Shown piece by piece: positions 22,001 to 33,822 of a stretch of 35,586 bases of DNA. The notes under the pieces were generated by a model. It did no database searches. It was not told the DNA's origin and was given only the letters and a program-made list of their open reading frames with translations. The position numbers were made by a program, and so were the translations under genes. This DNA is from Octopus bimaculoides (taxonomy: Eukaryota): positions 3,148,531 through 3,184,116 of the forward strand of contig NC_068987.1 in the NCBI RefSeq assembly GCF_001194135.2, given 5' to 3'. Position 1 is the stretch's first letter, and every line of letters begins with the position of its first letter.

Positions 22001-22993
22001 CGAATGTCACGGAGGATTTGGATACTTTCCTGTTGTATGGATGTAGATACCAGCATGTATGTGTTCACCACTGACCACTATTTGACTTGCTTGGACCAAA
22101 TGACAACAGCATGCAACATTGAGGAGAAAAATACAGGTTTTCCTTCAGAAGAAAAGTCACGAGTCAACTTCTACCATGTATGCTTTTATGCTTTTACTCG
22201 ATCCAGTCATTTCACTGTGGCCATGCTGGAGCAGTGCCTTTAGTTGAAAAAATCGACCCCAGGACTTATTCTTTGTAAGCCCAGTACTTGTTCTATCAGT
22301 CTCTTTTGCTGAACTGCTAAGTTACAGGGACATGAACACACCAACATTGGTTGTCAAGTGATGGTGGGGGGACAAACACAGACACGCAAATACATACATA
22401 CATGCATGTTTCCATCACCAAATCCACTCACAAGGCTTTGGTCAGTGCAAGGCTATAGTAGAAGACACTTGCTCAAGGTACCATGCAGTGGGACTGAACC
22501 TGGAATCATGTGGCTGGAAAGCAAGCTTCTTACTACACAGCCACTCCTGCATCTGTTGATTATTTGTTCGATATATTTAAGAAGCATTAGTACAGAACGT
22601 ATTGTTCATATGTTCTTTTCTACTCTAGGCACAACGCCCTAAATTTTGGGGGACAGGGCCAGTCGATTAGATGAACCTCAATATGCAACTGGTACTTATT
22701 TTACAAATCCTGAAAGGATGAAAGTCAAAGTCGACCTTGGTGGAATTTGAACTCAGAATGTAAAGACAGATGAAATACCGCTAAGCATTTCGCCCAACAT
22801 GCTAACGTTTCTGTTAGCTCGCCGCCTTGGTATTGATTATATAGTATATTGATTATATAATATATATAATCAATATATTATATTGATTATATATTAATAT
22901 ACTGTGTTTAAAATTTTATCTGTTTCTACAAGATAATAATAACATTGAAGTAATTTAGTGTGTTTAAATTTGTCTTATAAATTGTTTCCACAG

Positions 22994-23007
22994 GAACTGA
23001 TGGATAG
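22994..23007 (+). CDS. Gene 1 alternative candidate terminal exon (RTDG*)
   Basis: The acceptor is ttgtttccacag. Joining in phase 1 gives a 4-aa tail and TAG. Confidence 0.25.
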
Positions 23008-23588
23008 ATTTTGGAAATTTTTGGAAACATCACATTTGTCTGTGCTCACTGCTGATTATTATTTGACTTACAGGGCTCATAATGAATATTATTCCAAATT
23101 GACAACAGCATGCAGCATTGAGGGGGAAAATACAATTTCCCACCAGAAGAAAAGTCAAGGATGAAAACCAAGTACAACATGACTATTTTGACCGTTTATC
23201 TATTATTACCTATTGTTGATTCTGTTGACCATTATCACTTCCACTGCAATAAATGCTTATAAATTTAGTCACTTCTCTAAACCTTAAAAATATTCATTTA
23301 CTTGTTTCACTCATTGCGTTTATGCCATACTGGGGCACCACCATCAAGACGTCTTATCTATCCTGTCAATCCAAGTATATATTTCAGTTTGGCACTGATT
23401 TTATCATTTGCTGTTTACTGAATTGCTAAGTTTCACTTTCACATAAGGAGCATGACTCAAACACTGGTAATCATAAGCACAAAGATATAAGTGCACATAC
23501 GAGAAGAATAAAATGTACCAGCTCTGTTTTTGAGTATTTAGATCACAAAATGAAATATCGTCCTTGAACCAATCTATTTTATTTTCAG

Positions 23589-23602
23589 GCCGTTCAATCT
23601 AA
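23589..23602 (+). CDS. Gene 1 candidate terminal exon (SRSI*)
   Basis: The acceptor is ctattttattttcag. Joining in phase 1 gives SRSI-TAA. AATAAA occurs at 24010-24015. The full model is 1278 nt (425 aa). Confidence 0.4.
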
Positions 23603-25391
23603 AATTCTTTATACTCACATAATATCGGTGTATGACGAGAAGAATCAAATGTACCAGTTCTGTTTCTGAGTATTCTTCATACTTATCTTATGAACCTCAG
23701 TGTCACTTAAAGTGGACGTGCCAAGACGATTAAAATGACAGCTAGAAACAAAACATTAAAATCCATTTAGTCACACATTCTGCTGTTGCTACCAATGTAC
23801 CACTGCTGAGTGAGCCAACATGCTTACGTGCTTGCCTTCTCTATAATTTGGCTTTTTGCTTATTGTTTAAAACCCTATAACAATAATAGATTTTTAAAAC
23901 AATTAGATAAACCATAACTTTTCAATTTTATTTGTAAATGCTGAACAGCAGTTTGTTAATTCTTAACTGGTTATCTTGTTTTTATATGTATTTCACCAGA
24001 GCACCTTTCAATAAATAATAAATAATATCGTGTGAATTTTGCTGGTTTGTGTTTTCATTGTAAATTTTAATGTTAAGAGATTTTGTCAAAGTTCCCACAG
24101 GGCTACAATATGAAACTCCTTAATTTCAACAGAAGCACGAAGACTACAACAGCAATGATGACAATATCTCAGACCAAACACAGTAAGCATGTATGTATGT
24201 ATATATGTAGGTAGGTGGGTGGGTAGGTAGGTAGGTAAGATGGATAGATAGATAGAGAGAGAAAGAGGGATAGAGAGGGGGATTTGAATAATAAAGTCAA
24301 TTGATATTTCAAATGCATTTATGTATGTTTCTAAAGGTTACATAACATGTACAGGGGGTTCCATTAAAAGAACTGTATTGTATGTAGAGTTAGCCCATTA
24401 ACATACTGTAAAGCTAGGAATGTAGTCTATAGAATAAGATGTACAGAGGGACAGTGCAGAAACAAAACAATGACATGCATAGGAGAGACAGCATGTAGTA
24501 TAGAAGTGCGGGTTAATGAGCATTGGAGAGAACTCAAGGAAGAGAAGAGCTTGTCAGTACTATACCAACACACTGAGTGGGAACATAGGGGCTCACTCAA
24601 CAACAGCCATAAAGAGAAAGATTGCAGGCCCGAATATTGTAAACAGTACCTTATTCTTATTTCTTTACTGCCCACAAGGGGCTACACACAGAGGAGACAA
24701 AGAAGGACAGACAAACGGATTAAGTCGATTATATCAACCCCAGTGTATAACTGGTACTTATTTAATTGACCCCGAAAGGATGAAAGGCAAAGTCGATCTC
24801 GGCAGAATTTGAACTCAGAACAAAGCAGCAGATGAAATACTGCTAATACATGCCTACTACCAGAGGTAGAGTAAATATGCTTTATTTCAATAAAGTGTGT
24901 GTGTGTGTGTATTTTTTTTTTTCAGGCGTGGGTGTGTGGTAAGAAGTTTGCTTCTCAACCACATCGCTCCGGGTTCAGTCTCACTGTGTGGCACATTGAG
25001 CAAGTGTCTTCTTCCATAGCCTCGAGCCGACTAAAGCCTTGTGAATGTATTTGGTAGACGGAAACTGAAAGAATCTCCCACCGTGTCTCTGTGTTTGTCC
25101 CCTACTACCGCTTGACAACTGGTGTTGTTTTATTTACGTCCCCGTAATCTAGTAGTTCGGTAAAAGAAACTGACAAAATAAATACCAGGTTTTTAAAAAA
25201 AGAGGTATTGGAGTCGACTCATTCGAGAAAAAAATCCTCCAAGGCAAAAATGAATAACCCTGTAATGGCCAAACACCCCGTCCAATACGCTACAGAGGCC
25301 GATTTCCCAGTCTTATGACCCTTTGTGTGTGTGTGTGTGTGTGTGTGTGTATAATCAATAATGTGGGTAGCTTATTAGCAATTTAAAAACC

Positions 25392-25427
25392 TAAAGGCAA
25401 ATTTATAGATGTCACTAAAGTGACAGA

Positions 25428-25461
<34 letters not shown>

Positions 25462-25492
25462 TCTGTCACTTTAGTGACATCTATAAATTTGC

Positions 25493-25497
<5 letters not shown>
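25392..25497. repeat. Perfect 106-bp palindrome centred on (AT)15
   Basis: taaaggcaaatttatagatgtcactaaagtgacagagg-(at)15-cctctgtcactttagtgacatctataaatttgccttta. Confidence 0.95.
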
Positions 25498-25528
<31 letters not shown>

Positions 25529-25899
25529 TTGTGTGTGTGTGTTGTATATATTAACGTATTTTATAATACGATTTATGAATATATGTATTTTTAATAAAAT
25601 TGTTTAAATGGGCAGAGAAAGTAAAAATAAAAAGTTGCCTTCACAATTTTTCAGTGAGTCAAAATAGCCAAACTATATTTTATATAAAGTATCAGATACT
25701 CATTCAAAGAAAACATGGAAAGTCTGCGAGTCCATGAAGACTTGTAAAAAAATTTACAAGAAGGGAAACAACTTATTAACAACACTAACAAACAGAGAAG
25801 CAAACTTTTCCAAAATTCTTCGATACGATATGGCTCTATAGATAATATTTACTATTTACATGTGTGACTCTAAACATTGGAACGACTGAGTGAATTAAA

Positions 25900-26239
25900 A
25901 CGAAAGAAATAAATGTGCCAGGAACAAAAGCTGACCGATTCCGTTAGCGGTAACTAGTCGATCGAATATGGTTAGACAATGGTAATCGATTCTAAAGGGA
26001 TCCACTGTGAGAGAGAATTGTGCTAATTGTTTATTAATTTATTTTCTTAATTGTTTATTAATTAGTTGTCTTTATTGTGTCTTTGTGACACCACGGCACC
26101 AAATCTGAAGACAATGACGTCGACAAAGAAACGGAGACCAGAAAACATTGCCGTAATAGTTGATCTAACCAAATTCTGATGTTGTATTCTTGAGGAATTA
26201 CCATTATCCATTTCTAGTTTTCTTTTACCAACATCCAAG
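25900..26239 (+). promoter_or_regulatory. Candidate promoter and non-coding first exon of gene 2
   Basis: A repeat-free, locally CpG-rich segment with ATCGAT cores, ending at a possible donor CAAG|gtattt (26240). It lies upstream of the acceptor at about 29288. Confidence 0.3.
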
Positions 26240-26702
26240 GTATTTATTTAGTTTTGCATCGTTTTGTTTTTACATTTTCCGAAGATCAGACATTTTTTAT
26301 AAAAAAATATTTCCTTACTTAACGAAAAATATGAAATATGATTAATAATAATTCCTTAATTAATATTTTTATATTTTTATTTTTCAATTTAAACTATGAA
26401 AATATTTTTTAAATCTTTGTGTTCTTTTGTTTTTGGCACCGAATTTCTTTTTTACGCCAAAACATTTCACCGAAAATCCAGCCTAACAAAATATAAGAAA
26501 TAATGTCGCGATATTTGTCACCAAGTATCGTAATTCTTGAAGGTTTAGTGTCACCAATTTGCGGACAAAATACACTGATTTCATACCATAAAAAAACAAA
26601 TTTCAAAATATAGCTTTTTAAAGTTTAAAATGTATCCTTTATTAACTAACAATAAACTACTTTAAATAGGAATAGCTGTTCCAAAACTCCCCCAACTCCA
26701 CC

Positions 26703-26754
<52 letters not shown>

Positions 26755-29310
26755 CGGCAATCATGTTTCATGTATCGATTAAAATAGCCAAATCCGAAGA
26801 ACTAGTCATGGTGTGTCTCGATTTAAATTATTAAGCAAAGTTGGTAGATTCGGATAAGTTTGTTATGAAGAGATTCCTCGCTTTTCAGACATGGATTTTC
26901 CTTCGTCTGGGAGAAACAAAATGTTTTAGCTTTGGGATTTTTCTGATTAAATAGCGATTCTTCGATTCTTTACAAATTGATAAAAATCAGAAGAATCTAA
27001 TATGGTTAAATTAATAATAAAATGAGAGAATTTATTTAAGATTTATTTTGTCAAACGGATAAACAGAGGACCTCGTATTTATTTATTTATAAGTAAGAAT
27101 ATATTTAATCACATCGGGTTTGATATATTTATGGTTGTTAGCTTATCGACTTCAGACGAATGCCAAATAAAATCAGCTTTAATAATGTTTGGACTAAAAA
27201 AAACTCGCGAATTAAATGTAAATATTGCAAATCATTTCGTTCGATGTTTCGGTTATATTCGAAAATGTCACAAAAGTTCCATTGTCCGGGAAGTGGTAAA
27301 CAAAGATACGGACATTCACAAATATAGAGTCCTGTTGGTGGTGCTCAGACCTGATTGAGCAGGCTTGTGATCAAAGGCAATCAAGCCGTGACCATCTCAT
27401 CGTTTTAGAAACCTCATTAGTATCGATTACATTACTCTAATGTGTTCTTTCCCCATTTAAGACGGCAGGGTGAAATCGAAAGATATTTGGCTGCTATTTC
27501 CAGCAGGTCGAACGACAACGAGGAGACTACATTGTTTGTGCGTAGATATCAATAATGATCGAAATGCCTCTATGTACAGAACAACTATTCCAGCTTTGTG
27601 GAATTTCAACCGCCATTCTGTAAGCCAAATAACTTCTAAGCAGCACTCCCACAGACAAATACCTCACATGTGTTGTCTACTTCAACGCCATCTCCTCCAC
27701 ACCTAGATTACTTGTTCCTTGCCAAACTCCCTTGTTCAACCCTAGCTCAGCCCTGACATGCCGTTAGAACATTCCAGCTGTGATTATTCCGGTTTGTACT
27801 TTTGGTTTTTACTTTTTTTTCTGTCCCCCACCCCACCTGGACGGGTATATCTAAGATCACGCATTCCTGTGTCCTTTTGTTAAAAAAAACAAACAAAAAA
27901 GATGGTGAGCTGCTATTTCTAGAATATCAAGACGCCACACAGAGGCCTCGGTTTGTTTCCTCAGCTAGTAGGGAAATGAGATTTGTGTGCCGTTCACTTA
28001 CTTACTGACAGTCATTCCTTATCGTGATGTATTTGGTTACTAACTTGTACTAACACCAATTCTGTTCTTCCCACAAACGAAACGGTTCGACCAGAACAGC
28101 CACAGATAACTCTGCTCAGAGGGGAAAAAATGTACTTTTCCCAAATTAATTTGGGATAACTTTTGGAGGCACTCTTTTATTCTATTATTCCTTTCAGTCA
28201 TTTTACTGCAGCCATGCTGGAGCACCGCCTTTTAGTCGAAGAAATCAACTCCAGGACTTATTCTTTATAAGCCTGGTACTTATTCTGTAGATCGCTTTTG
28301 CCGAACCCCTAAGTTATGGGGACGTAAACAGACCAACATCGGTTGTCAAGCAATGGTGGAAGGACAAACTCAGGCATAAACATATACATATATGTGTGTG
28401 TGTATATGTATATATATGTGTGTGTGTGTGTGTGTGTATGTATATATGTATGTGTGTGTGTATGTATATATGTATATATATATATGTGTGTGTGTGTATG
28501 TGTACAAATGGTGCTTTTTCTGTGCCACCGGCACGGGACCAGTCAGGTGGCACTGGCATCATATATTTTTATAATTAAGATCTAAGCAGTTAATATACGA
28601 ATGCAAAAGAGATATTCGAATAACCGTAAACCTACTTTTGGGCCACCCTGTATAGTTTCTATTAGTGGCTGTGTGGTAAGAAGTTTGCGTCCCAACCACA
28701 TGGTTCTGGGTTCAGTCCCACTGCGTGGACCTTGGGCAAGTATTTCTACTAAAGCTTCAGTAAAAAGTAAAAGATATATGACAAAATCTTGCCAAACAAA
28801 TACCAAACCATAAACAGCCTTCTTATTTTCATCCTTGTTCTGTTGATTCTCATTCTTATGTAAAGCAAAACCAAATGCTTGACATCCTTGGAAGTCACTT
28901 TACCATTCTCTAGTAATGATGATGATTTCAACAGTCTGATGATCAGAGTATGGGGACATAGTTGACAATCTTTTGCAGGTTTTAAATTATAAAAATGCTT
29001 TAAAATTCCTGCTTAATGTAGGCATTCAACCTTCTAGAAACGGCAAACAAGATTTCCCTCAATGTCAAATCCTACCATAGTAAAAGATGGGAAACCAGCA
29101 CCTGATTTTCATACATTAGATCTGAAAAATAGACCAGATGGGCAAGGTTGGACCATCTTTGATTAGAGCTCTGCTTGATCAGGGCTGACATGAGGTGGTG
29201 TGGGCTAAACAACAATGACAAAAACAACAACCATTTCTAAACTATTCTGAATTTACCTGATTTTACCTTTTCTGTCTTTTTCTTCCAGAGGCACGTTTGA
29301 AACTAAACTT

Positions 29311-29434
29311 ATGGGCAATTTGATTAAGAAAATCTCCCCACCGTCTGCGAGTTACGAAGTTATATTACCTCCCTATCAGAAACCATGGCAACTTCTGTTT
29401 TCTGGAGATAACCATTCCTGGGACTCAGTAGCAA
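29311..29434 (+). CDS. Gene 2 first coding exon
   Basis: The acceptor ttttcttccag is at about 29288, the ATG is at 29311, and the donor A|gtaagt is phase 1. It encodes MGNLIKKISPPSASYEVILPPYQKPWQLLFSGDNHSWDSVA. Confidence 0.7.
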
Positions 29435-29731
29435 GTAAGTATTTGCATTCTTGAATTAACTCATCATTATCATCATCATCATCATCATCATCATATTAAT
29501 CAGCCCGAGACTATAGCTGAAGACACTTGCTCAAGGTGTCACACTATGGGACTGAACCCGGAGCCATATGGTTGGAAAGCAAGATTCTTCCCACACAGCC
29601 ACGCTTGTTAAAAACTGAAAATGCCAAGTCATTGAATATATTAACAATAAAAATATGCTTCATGATTATTTGTATATTTCGTATTCGTTATATAAATCTT
29701 GATACAGCCTCAGAAGTTAAGTTACTGAAAT

Positions 29732-29777
<46 letters not shown>

Positions 29778-30254
29778 AGGGAGTGGTAGTTAGTCATGGC
29801 GTCTTTACAAGGCAAGGGAAATAACTTTTCGTCATAAACTATAATAGAACATTGATAGATAATAAAATTATTTGTTTAAAAACTGACCTATATTGCAGTT
29901 CGTGGGTTAGTAAGAAAGAAAACGTAATTCCCCATCTTCCACCACAACTACACCTTAATGTATTAAGACACTCGTCGCTCTGCCTTCTACCTTCAAATCA
30001 TTACCCTAGCATCCTAACGAAATAAGGACAGGCATCCTTCAGTGTCCTCCAAGATATCCTGTGAATATATTCCACAGTGTACTCCTACATGTGGAACAAT
30101 ATGGACCCTTTGCCAGGCGTACCCTTAGATCAGTATGTCTCGACCATTTTTTAGCTATGGACCCTTTCGGTTCCCATTTTACTTGGATGGTTTCTCATAG
30201 CCATTTAATACTTAAAAATCCTTTTTATATTTTTTTTGCGTGTTGGGTCTCATG

Positions 30255-30560
30255 GAGGTAGTGACCAAGAAGACCTAAGACCCATCAAGCCGAACAAAAT
30301 TGCAGTCGTGGCAGATACCCGTGTCACGCAAATTGCGACCCGTGCCAGTGGCACGTGAACGCGCTCTGGTGTCATGTAAATGGCACGTAAAAGCACCCAT
30401 GACACTCTTGGAGTGGTTGGCGTTAGGAAGGGCATCCAGCCGTAGAAAACCATACCAAATCAGACTGGAGTCTGGTGCAGCCTTTCAGCATGCCAGCCCT
30501 GGTCAAACCGTCCAACCCATGCCAGCATGGACAACGGACGTTAAATGATGATGATGATGA
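30255..30560 (+). mobile_element. SINE family A copy
   Basis: Homologous to 1388-1720, with a (GAT)n tail. Confidence 0.75.
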
Positions 30561-30659
30561 AATATTGTTAGGAATAGTATAAAAAATTGTTAAAATATTT
30601 TGTGCAATTTTGTTTTTCTAAACTGTTATGTTACACATACAAATATATACATACATACA

Positions 30660-30709
<50 letters not shown>

Positions 30710-30883
30710 CACACTCTTACCTTAATCTGATGGGTTATTCTGTACTTTTGTAGAGTGCAAATTTATTAATCTTAGACAAGAATGTTGTTGACAGTGACTT
30801 CAAAGTTTTGGCCAGCTAAGCCATTATATTTATAACATCTTCACACTCACAGTAATTGCTTTCTTCTTTCTCTCCTCATCTAG

Positions 30884-31004
30884 GTTCTTATGGTTTCCAA
30901 AACTCTCGTCGCTACTGCTGTAGAGATGTCGACTGTGATGGATCAGTTTGTTCACGTTATGTACGCATTCTCTTTCAGAAAGGAACCAAAAATCTAGAGA
31001 TTAA
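30884..31004 (+). CDS. Gene 2 second coding exon (Cys-rich)
   Basis: There is a long pyrimidine tract plus tag at 30883 and a donor AA|gtaatt. The 121-nt exon goes from phase 1 to phase 2 and encodes SSYGFQNSRRYCCRDVDCDGSVCSRYVRILFQKGTKNLEIK. Confidence 0.65.
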
Positions 31005-31310
31005 GTAATTACATTTCTCCATATTTTCATTGAATTTTTCACACATTTTTGGTTTTCTTTTTTACCTTGTACCTGTGTGTGTGTGTGTGTGTGTGTGTGT
31101 ATGCATAGCACCATTTTATATTCTCAAACTTGTTTATTTCTCTCTCTTATTCAATATAACTCATTCACTCTTCACTTTTTGTGCATTATTCTATGCAATG
31201 CACAAGTGCTTTTGGCCACCTTTTCTGATGAGTAATTTACACACACAGATACATATATATATATAGTTATATATACATGATGTACAAGTTTACTTTGTAT
31301 TCTCTATTAG

Positions 31311-31361
31311 GATTCCTGAATCTTCATTTAGAATGATCTCCGATGCAAGGAAGCAAATAAA
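31311..31361 (+). CDS. Gene 2 possible frame-preserving 51-nt cassette exon
   Basis: The acceptor ctttgtattctctattag is good but the donor AA|gtttct is weak. It is phase 2-2 and encodes IPESSFRMISDARKQIK. Confidence 0.25.
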
Positions 31362-31391
31362 GTTTCTACATTGAATAATATTTTTCATCCT

Positions 31392-31695
31392 AAGGTGGCA
31401 AACTGGCAGAATCGTTAGCACGCCAGGCAAAATGCTTAGCAGTATTTCATTAGCATGCCAGGCAAAATGCTTAGCAGTATTTCATTAGCATGCTGGGCAA
31501 AATGCTTAGTGGCAGACGAAATACTGCTAAGCATTTTGCCCGCAACTACATTCTGAGTTAAAATTCCGCCAAGGTTAACTTTGCCTTTCATCCTTTCGGG
31601 GTCAATAAATTAAGTACCAGTTGAGTACTGGGGTCGATGTAATCAACTTGCCCCTTCCCCCCAAATTTCAGGCCTTGTGCCTATAGTAGCAAAGA
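31392..31695 (+). mobile_element. SINE family B copy with tandemly triplicated and inverted head segment
   Basis: A 35-bp unit (gccaggcaaaatgcttagcagtatttcattagcat) occurs about 2.5 times, followed by its reverse complement at about 31518-31542. Confidence 0.75.
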
Positions 31696-32076
31696 ATATT
31701 TTTCATACTGATCTCCATTTGGTTTGTAATCTTAAAGAATTTTACACCTGTATATAATGACCTTAGCAGACCTAATTACAATGATGCCTCATAACTTTAG
31801 AAGATCTCTAATTTGTCTAATCATATTTTTCAAAATTGTTTATTTTGATAATAGTGTTTAATGCACAAAATTAACAAATTAAAATTTTATCTCTTAGGCC
31901 ATTCGATTATTTAAAACAGTGGAAAAGTAGCAGATTGTTGCATGATTAAAATAAATGTACAAAATTGTAAGATTTATGAATTCAACAAGTAAATATTATT
32001 GTTTTGTATTTAACAAAGAAATACAAAATTCTCCAAAAATTTGATTGTTTTTCCTTTTACTTTATCTAATTAACAG

Positions 32077-33031
32077 GTACAAATCATTGAAAATTTTAAT
32101 TTCCTGCAGCAATAAAAGTGAACTCGCAGCTTTTGTGAATGATGACTACGAAATCAGTAGTGTTGCCCTTTCCTGCCGGGATCATCTCATCCTTCTCATA
32201 CTCCACAGACAACAAGGAATTGTAAACCAATTTGCATTTCCTATTGTAGACATACAACAAAAGAAGACTCTTGGCATCATGTTATCTCCAAAAGAAAATA
32301 TGACTATTGTTAATGGTGACATCACACCTGACTGCTCTCGTACGGCTATTCTTTTCTTCTCCTTTTCCGAAGTCAGTAAAACATCAAGCTATGATTTGTA
32401 TATATATTCTCATGAGACTTTCCAAGTCCTCAACATCATTACACTGAATCATGCTGTTCAACCATATGTTGCCTTTGACCCTCGTTTCAGGTGGTCTCGT
32501 ATTGCTGTAGCCAACTACGAGTGTCGAGCAACAGGCGTCTGTAACGAACTTGTCACTTATTCTTTATCTGAAATGGGAATTGTTGTACGCAGCAACTTGT
32601 GTCTCCCTGTTCTGTTTGGCAGCAGCCGTTTTCATCTCTCCTACAGCAAAGACGGAACTTTACTTATTGTTCAGAAACTCACTGACAACCGCTTTGGGGT
32701 CACAGCTTTCTCTGATATATATTTGTTTAACGCCGATACAATAACGTTACTTAAGTATTTAACATCATGTCTTCCTGGTTTAATAAGAATATGTCGTGTT
32801 AATTATCAACTCGCATTTTCCCGCTGTGGCAGCTACATGAGAGTGCTTGATCATAAACAGAGTTCCGATGAAGTTAGTATCCTTGTTTATCAGATGCCAC
32901 GAATCCTCAACTTACAAAGTCAGTGTCGAATAGTCATACTCCAACACCTTTCCAGAACTTGTGACATTGATATTCTACCCTTACCTTCTGTTCTCAGACA
33001 ATACCTTAAATTTCAGCCAATTTTTCGGTGA
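32077..33031 (+). CDS. Gene 2 terminal exon: beta-rich (propeller-like) body plus C-terminal SOCS box
   Basis: A 328-codon ORF with acceptor taacag|G (phase 2). The C-terminus LNLQSQCRIVILQHL..CDIDILPLPSVLRQYLKF contains a BC box (LxxxCxxxI) and a Cul5 box (LPLP..L..YL). The spliced model is 1200 nt (399 aa). Confidence 0.85.
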
Positions 33032-33097
33032 CACATTTTCATTCTACCCCTCGATGCCTTCAGTATTTATTTATATTCTCTGTCTCTCTCCATTCAA

Positions 33098-33178
33098 TCA
33101 TTCTTCTTCTTCATCTTCTTCTTCTTCTTCTTCTTCTTCTTATAATAATAATAATTATTATTATTATTATTATCATTA
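33098..33178. repeat. Compound (TCT)n(AAT)n(TAT)n microsatellite in the gene 2 3' UTR
   Basis: Read directly. Confidence 0.9.
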
Positions 33179-33601
33179 TCAAGCTAGCAAAATCATTAAC
33201 AAGACAGACAAGACACTTAGTGGTATTATCCCAACTCTTTACCTTCGGAGTTCTACTTCTAAGTTCTCGTCAAGTGCTGGAGTCGATGTAATCAATTTCC
33301 CTTTCCCCTCAGGATTGCTGGCCTTGTGCTGAAATTCGAAAGAATTATTAAGAATCATTCATGTGTTGGATAAAATGCTAAGTGGCATTTCTTCAAGTTC
33401 TTTACATTCTAGTTTCAAATCCTGCTGAGGTCAGCTTTGCTTTCTGTCCTTTTGGGGGTCAATGAAATAAGTACTTGTCAAGTACCGGGGATTAATGTAC
33501 GTGATCAGCCCCCCCCCCCACCACTGAGCTGGGGTAATTGTTGGCCCACCAGACAAAATGTTCAATGGCATTTCATCTACATTTTGAGGTCAACATTGCC
33601 T

Positions 33602-33822
33602 TTAACCCTTTCGATACCAACCTACCTGAAACTGCCTCTGGCTCTGTAGTACAAATGTCTTGTTTTCATAAGTTTTGAATTAAAATCTTCCACCAAACCC
33701 TAGTCACAATTTACGTTCTTAAAACACTAGCTGAATGATAACTAAGTTATTTTACTCAATTCTTTATTATATTTAAAATTAATTGAAAGAAACCCAGAGT
33801 ATCTCAAAAGAAATATGTTAAC
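33602..33822 (-). mobile_element. piggyBac-like MITE, inverted copy with one end eroded
   Basis: ttaa-CCCTTTCGATACC followed by the reverse complement of the 16853-17092 body. Confidence 0.75.

Noticed and set aside
22004-23164. Similar peptides in ORFs 22004-22243 and 22958-23164 (DHYLT..TTACNIEE vs DYYLT..TTACSIEG) as paralogous coding exons
   Set aside because: The similarity follows from the nucleotide duplication. The 22994 acceptor is open in this frame only in phase 0, which does not match the phase-1 CCP4 donor, and the 22004 acceptor is weak.
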